Below, in pieces: positions 60,659 to 64,000 of a stretch of 64,000 nt of DNA; position 1 is the first letter of the stretch, and every line of letters begins with the position of its first letter. This DNA comes from an uncultured Candidatus Peribacteria bacterium (GTDB lineage: Bacteria; Patescibacteriota; Gracilibacteria; Peribacterales; Peribacteraceae). Location of the stretch: assembly GCA_964649695.1 (NCBI GenBank), contig CAZYQO010000004.1, positions 89,394 to 153,393 of the forward strand, given 5' to 3'. The notes under the pieces were generated by a model, which had not been told where the DNA came from, did no database searches, and was given only the letters and a program-made list of their open reading frames with translations. The position numbers and the translations under genes are program-made.

Positions 60659-63600
60659 ATGAGTAAGCCGATCGATTTCGCCCAACGGGAAGCCGAAACA
60701 TTGACCGCATTGCTCGGCCAAGTGGGCAAAAAGATGCTGCATGGGCATTTCCCGACACCCGAAGAGGCCATTGTCGCCGTACGAACGTGGCAGGACGCCG
60801 GCACGACTCCGGAACATTGGACGGAAGACGCCCTGCGCACCGTTGCACAGGACCCGCATGTCATCCGACAGATCGCCGCGATCCGTCATGTAGAGGCGGC
60901 AAAATCGGTGGAGTCGACCGCGCACATCACACGCACAAAAGCCGCGAGCGTGCTTGCCAACCTTGCGCAATCACCGCGCCGTTTTGTGGATGCCCTGCTC
61001 ACACAACTCAAGCTCGAACAGGCACTCGACCCCTACTTCAGCACCAAGACCCACGTGCGCCAGCGCCGCCCTGTCACCCCGGAGCAACGCGAAACGCTTG
61101 CCTGTGTCACTCGCGTACTGAGGGAAGCGGGCTTGGATGGAGCCATGGAAGGAGAGCTGCGCAAGTTGTACCCATATTTTCAGTGGCGAGCACTCGATCA
61201 TCACACGATACCAGAAAAGCGTTTGCAGGAGATCCGTCAGATCATCACCGGCGAAGGAGCGAGCAATGGCTCTACGCACATTGCTGCCCCCGAGAGCATC
61301 GGTGCTCTGCCTCACAACATTCTCTCTGCCCTACAGGAAACGGGGTGCTTTCAAAACATCCAGCAGCACGAATTCAAATACCGCGTGGCAGGCAACACGG
61401 TGCGCATCCCGCTCGCTGTAGCACAGATGTTTGCACGGGCACTGGCCAAGCTCTCCCAAGACGAACGTGCATTGCTCCGCGCACAGCTGCCCTCCTTCCC
61501 TTGGGAATTTGCCGAAAGCTTCTGTCGCCCCACCAACACACCTCCACCTCCACCCGACCCCGTCATCACTCCTGTGACGACCGCAGCGTCGGTTGCCAAG
61601 CCGGTGATCGTTGTTGCTCCGCCCACGCCCGCCCCCCTTCCCCCCGAGGAAGCACCCCCTGCCATCCCCGACTGCATGGCACAACTGCCGGCTGAGGCGC
61701 GTGCTGCACTCGAAGCAACCGGCGCATGGGAAAACCTGCTGCGCTACCACCCCAATTACGCAAAGGGAAACCCTATCGTGAAGCTGCCCAAGCCCGCGGT
61801 GAAGCGTTACGCGCGGACGGTGAGCGCATTACACGGGCAAGACGATGTCATCGCGGCAATCCGCGCCACCTTCCCCACGCTGCCATGGAACTACATCATG
61901 GAATTTGTCCGCGAGCCTGAGGCGAATGCGGATAACAGTGAGTCTGCAGCCGACATCCCCGCACCCGCCACCCATGAAGCGGCAGCTACACAACCGCAAC
62001 CCGAACCCCCGGCATCGACCATCACAACAGACACCACATCGTATCCGAAACCGACATCCATCGAGGTGCCGCTGGTGACGCTGTTGCAGGAAATCGACGG
62101 CGCACTGAACGAAGCCGGGGTCGACGAGCAGACCGGCCAACGCATCATCTCCCTCGTCAGCCGCTACGGAGCCACATTGGTGCAGCTCACCCATGACCAT
62201 GGTCATCTGCACCTGAAAGAATTCCTGCAACCGCTCGAGTTTGACGCTCCTTTGGAGAGGCAAGAGGAGCAGATCGAACCTGCACCGGCACCCACGGATA
62301 CTGGCACCCCTGAGCCTCCAACAGCCCCAGAAGCAGCGCCCATTGTAGAACCTGTCACCACCGCCCCCACTCTCCATATCCCTGAGATTCACCCCTGCCT
62401 CGCGGGTGTCCCCATCGATCTGGCCGCCCGTTGTCAGGAGATTTTACACTCCATCCATATCCCGACGCAGGTGGCCGGCCATCGCCGCACATTCGATGAA
62501 ACGGCCAGGGCGGGCATTCTTCAGATTTGCGATCTCCTCAAGCCTGTGCGCGGCGCATCGGCTGCATTCCTCGCACACTTTGGCATTGCCTCGGCCAACC
62601 TCACCTATTGGCGCTCAGCCGTGACCGACACGAGTCCTGCCGCCGATGCACAGCCCGCCACAGATGAGCCGCCTGCTTCTCCGCTGCCACCCGATACTGC
62701 GGCTGCCGTTGAGGAAGACGAAGGCGCCCCTTCGCAGTATGCATTTTTACAAAAAGTAAGCGGCAACATACGAGCCGAATGCGAGCAACTGCTGAGAGCA
62801 CTGCATGTTCCCGCTTTCGAGGAAGGCAAGCGCCGCCAGATTGATGACACTGCAAAATGGATGATTGTGCGCGTGCACACCCTGCTCGCGACGACCCGTG
62901 GCGCTGGTGCGGAATTCCTGAAGAGCATTGATCTGTCGCCTTCCGCCATTTACGTCTGGCGCACGCAATTTGACCCCAACGTGCAACCCCCGGCTACGGA
63001 ACACCCCGTCTCCATCCCTGCGCACAAGGCACCGTCCCTCGTCGATGAGACGGTCATGAGTGCTACACCCCCCAAAGCCCCTGCATACGTCGCACCGCAG
63101 AACCCCACCGCGAACGATCTGTTGGAATTCGAGCGCGTCATCAACGACGGTCACACCCGCGAAAGCCGCTTGAACATCCTCGATCGCGTGTTGCAGCTCG
63201 CAGGCAACAAGGAGGCGCAGCAGGCTCTGTATCAGGAATGCAATGTCACGGTGCCGCAGGTGCGTCTGTGGTTGCAGATGTACAACCCGCACCGTCATGC
63301 ACTCCCACAGGAGCGCGCGTGGGAATCCGCACCCCCCGCAGAAAAGCCGGCACGCTCGCTGCTGCAATTCTCCGCGCGAAACGTAGGCGAGTTTGTAGAG
63401 CATGTGCTCCCGATCCTGCTCAACCCCTTCGAGCCCAACAGCCAATGGGCAGACACCGATACCGATCCCATGAGCGAAACTGCATCGTTGGCATCGACAT
63501 GCCGCAAGAGACTGCTTGCCACCATGACCAACCTGGAGCCCCAGACCGTCGGCCGCCTGCGTGCCATCGCGCAAAAACCAAACAGTCGCGTGACCCAGGA

Positions 63601-63757
63601 AGACGAAGTGGAATGGGTGGAAGTCATCTGCATGCACTATGGCCGCGACGTGACTGTGGAATCGACCGCATTTGCGGTGCGGCTCTTGGCCTTCCAGCAA
63701 CAACGCTGCGCCATGGAAGACATTGTCGAAGCCGCGAAGGCAATGTTCCGCAAGTAA
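60659..63757 (+). CDS. 1032-aa hypothetical protein built from repeated modules, including three transposase-OrfA-like HTH units separated by Pro-rich linkers
   Basis: Internal repeats are visible by eye (see findings). No catalytic motif recognised. Confidence 0.6.
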   Translation: MSKPIDFAQREAETLTALLGQVGKKMLHGHFPTPEEAIVAVRTWQDAGTTPEHWTEDALRTVAQDPHVIRQIAAIRHVEAAKSVESTAHITRTKAASVLANLAQSPRRFVDALLTQLKLEQALDPYFSTKTHVRQRRPVTPEQRETLACVTRVLREAGLDGAMEGELRKLYPYFQWRALDHHTIPEKRLQEIRQIITGEGASNGSTHIAAPESIGALPHNILSALQETGCFQNIQQHEFKYRVAGNTVRIPLAVAQMFARALAKLSQDERALLRAQLPSFPWEFAESFCRPTNTPPPPPDPVITPVTTAASVAKPVIVVAPPTPAPLPPEEAPPAIPDCMAQLPAEARAALEATGAWENLLRYHPNYAKGNPIVKLPKPAVKRYARTVSALHGQDDVIAAIRATFPTLPWNYIMEFVREPEANADNSESAADIPAPATHEAAATQPQPEPPASTITTDTTSYPKPTSIEVPLVTLLQEIDGALNEAGVDEQTGQRIISLVSRYGATLVQLTHDHGHLHLKEFLQPLEFDAPLERQEEQIEPAPAPTDTGTPEPPTAPEAAPIVEPVTTAPTLHIPEIHPCLAGVPIDLAARCQEILHSIHIPTQVAGHRRTFDETARAGILQICDLLKPVRGASAAFLAHFGIASANLTYWRSAVTDTSPAADAQPATDEPPASPLPPDTAAAVEEDEGAPSQYAFLQKVSGNIRAECEQLLRALHVPAFEEGKRRQIDDTAKWMIVRVHTLLATTRGAGAEFLKSIDLSPSAIYVWRTQFDPNVQPPATEHPVSIPAHKAPSLVDETVMSATPPKAPAYVAPQNPTANDLLEFERVINDGHTRESRLNILDRVLQLAGNKEAQQALYQECNVTVPQVRLWLQMYNPHRHALPQERAWESAPPAEKPARSLLQFSARNVGEFVEHVLPILLNPFEPNSQWADTDTDPMSETASLASTCRKRLLATMTNLEPQTVGRLRAIAQKPNSRVTQEDEVEWVEVICMHYGRDVTVESTAFAVRLLAFQQQRCAMEDIVEAAKAMFRK

Positions 63758-63759
63758 CC

Positions 63760-64000
63760 TCAGGCGCACCCGCAGATGCCGCCTTCCTTGCAGGCACATG
63801 TTTTCTTTTGCGCTTCCTCGGGCAGATCCAGCTTGAATCTGCCTTCGCGAAAATCGATGGTGGCACCGCCGATACGGCTGAGGGTCAGCGCCGATGCGGC
63901 AACCCGCACCTCGGGCACCTCGCGGTGGACAAACACGAGCGACGCATCGGGCAGCTCATCGAGTACATCCATCGAAAATCCGCCGCGCTCATCCAGCCCC
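63760..64000 (-). CDS. C-terminal fragment of a HesB/IscA-like protein (tentative), runs off the window
   Basis: ...GLDERGGFSMDVLDELPDASLVFVHREV.V.V...L..IGGATIDFREG.F......C.C....CGCA follows the IscA spacing, but the first Cys position is Gly. Confidence 0.3.
   Translation of the reverse strand, partial: GLDERGGFSMDVLDELPDASLVFVHREVPEVRVAASALTLSRIGGATIDFREGRFKLDLPEEAQKKTCACKEGGICGCA

Noticed and set aside
62414-63283. Transposase/IS element, based on OrfA-like HTH modules
   Set aside because: There is no DDE or other catalytic domain, no frameshift motif, and no terminal inverted repeats. The modules are embedded in one long host-composition ORF.

Overview
High-GC (about 60% or more by hand counts) bacterial chromosomal segment with dense, frequently overlapping genes. 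All calls rest on motif recognition by eye; no search was run. Content in order: trmD fragment; a GT2; a fermentative module (2-oxoacid:ferredoxin oxidoreductase alpha/beta, flavodoxin, ADP-forming acetyl-CoA synthetase) split by a sharply AT-rich 2.5-kb two-gene island (MBOAT O-acyltransferase plus membrane partner); NIF3-like; infC-rpmI-rplT; two PilN/PilO-like membrane proteins; prfB with the classical CTT TGA +1 frameshift; tRNA-Ser(CGA); a surface protein with 9 cysteine-rich repeats; a 56-aa bacterial histone-fold (DUF1931-type) gene missed by the ORF track; a roughly 28.6-kb glycan cluster (18.3-46.9 kb: ugd, SDR epimerases, a WbpA/B/E/I-like set, rfbAB, Wzx, 4 GT2, 6 GT4, 2 methyltransferases, GtrA, DUF2304, GT-C membrane proteins); sufS-sufU; an atypical HTH-receiver regulator; tRNA-Thr; rRNA-type methyltransferase; M50 protease; rpmB; tRNA-Ser(GGA); pheT; PduO-type adenosyltransferase; rpmH (also missed by the track); M16 peptidase; TMTC-like GT-C/TPR protein; ndk; and a 1032-aa protein built from repeated HTH-like modules. 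The most unusual signals are global. At least 25 start codons sit 6-10 nt downstream of a TAnnnT -10 box, a leaderless geometry. Leadered or internal genes carry a pyrimidine UCCUCC-like motif where a Shine-Dalgarno would be expected. No CRISPR array, rRNA, integrase or transposase was seen.
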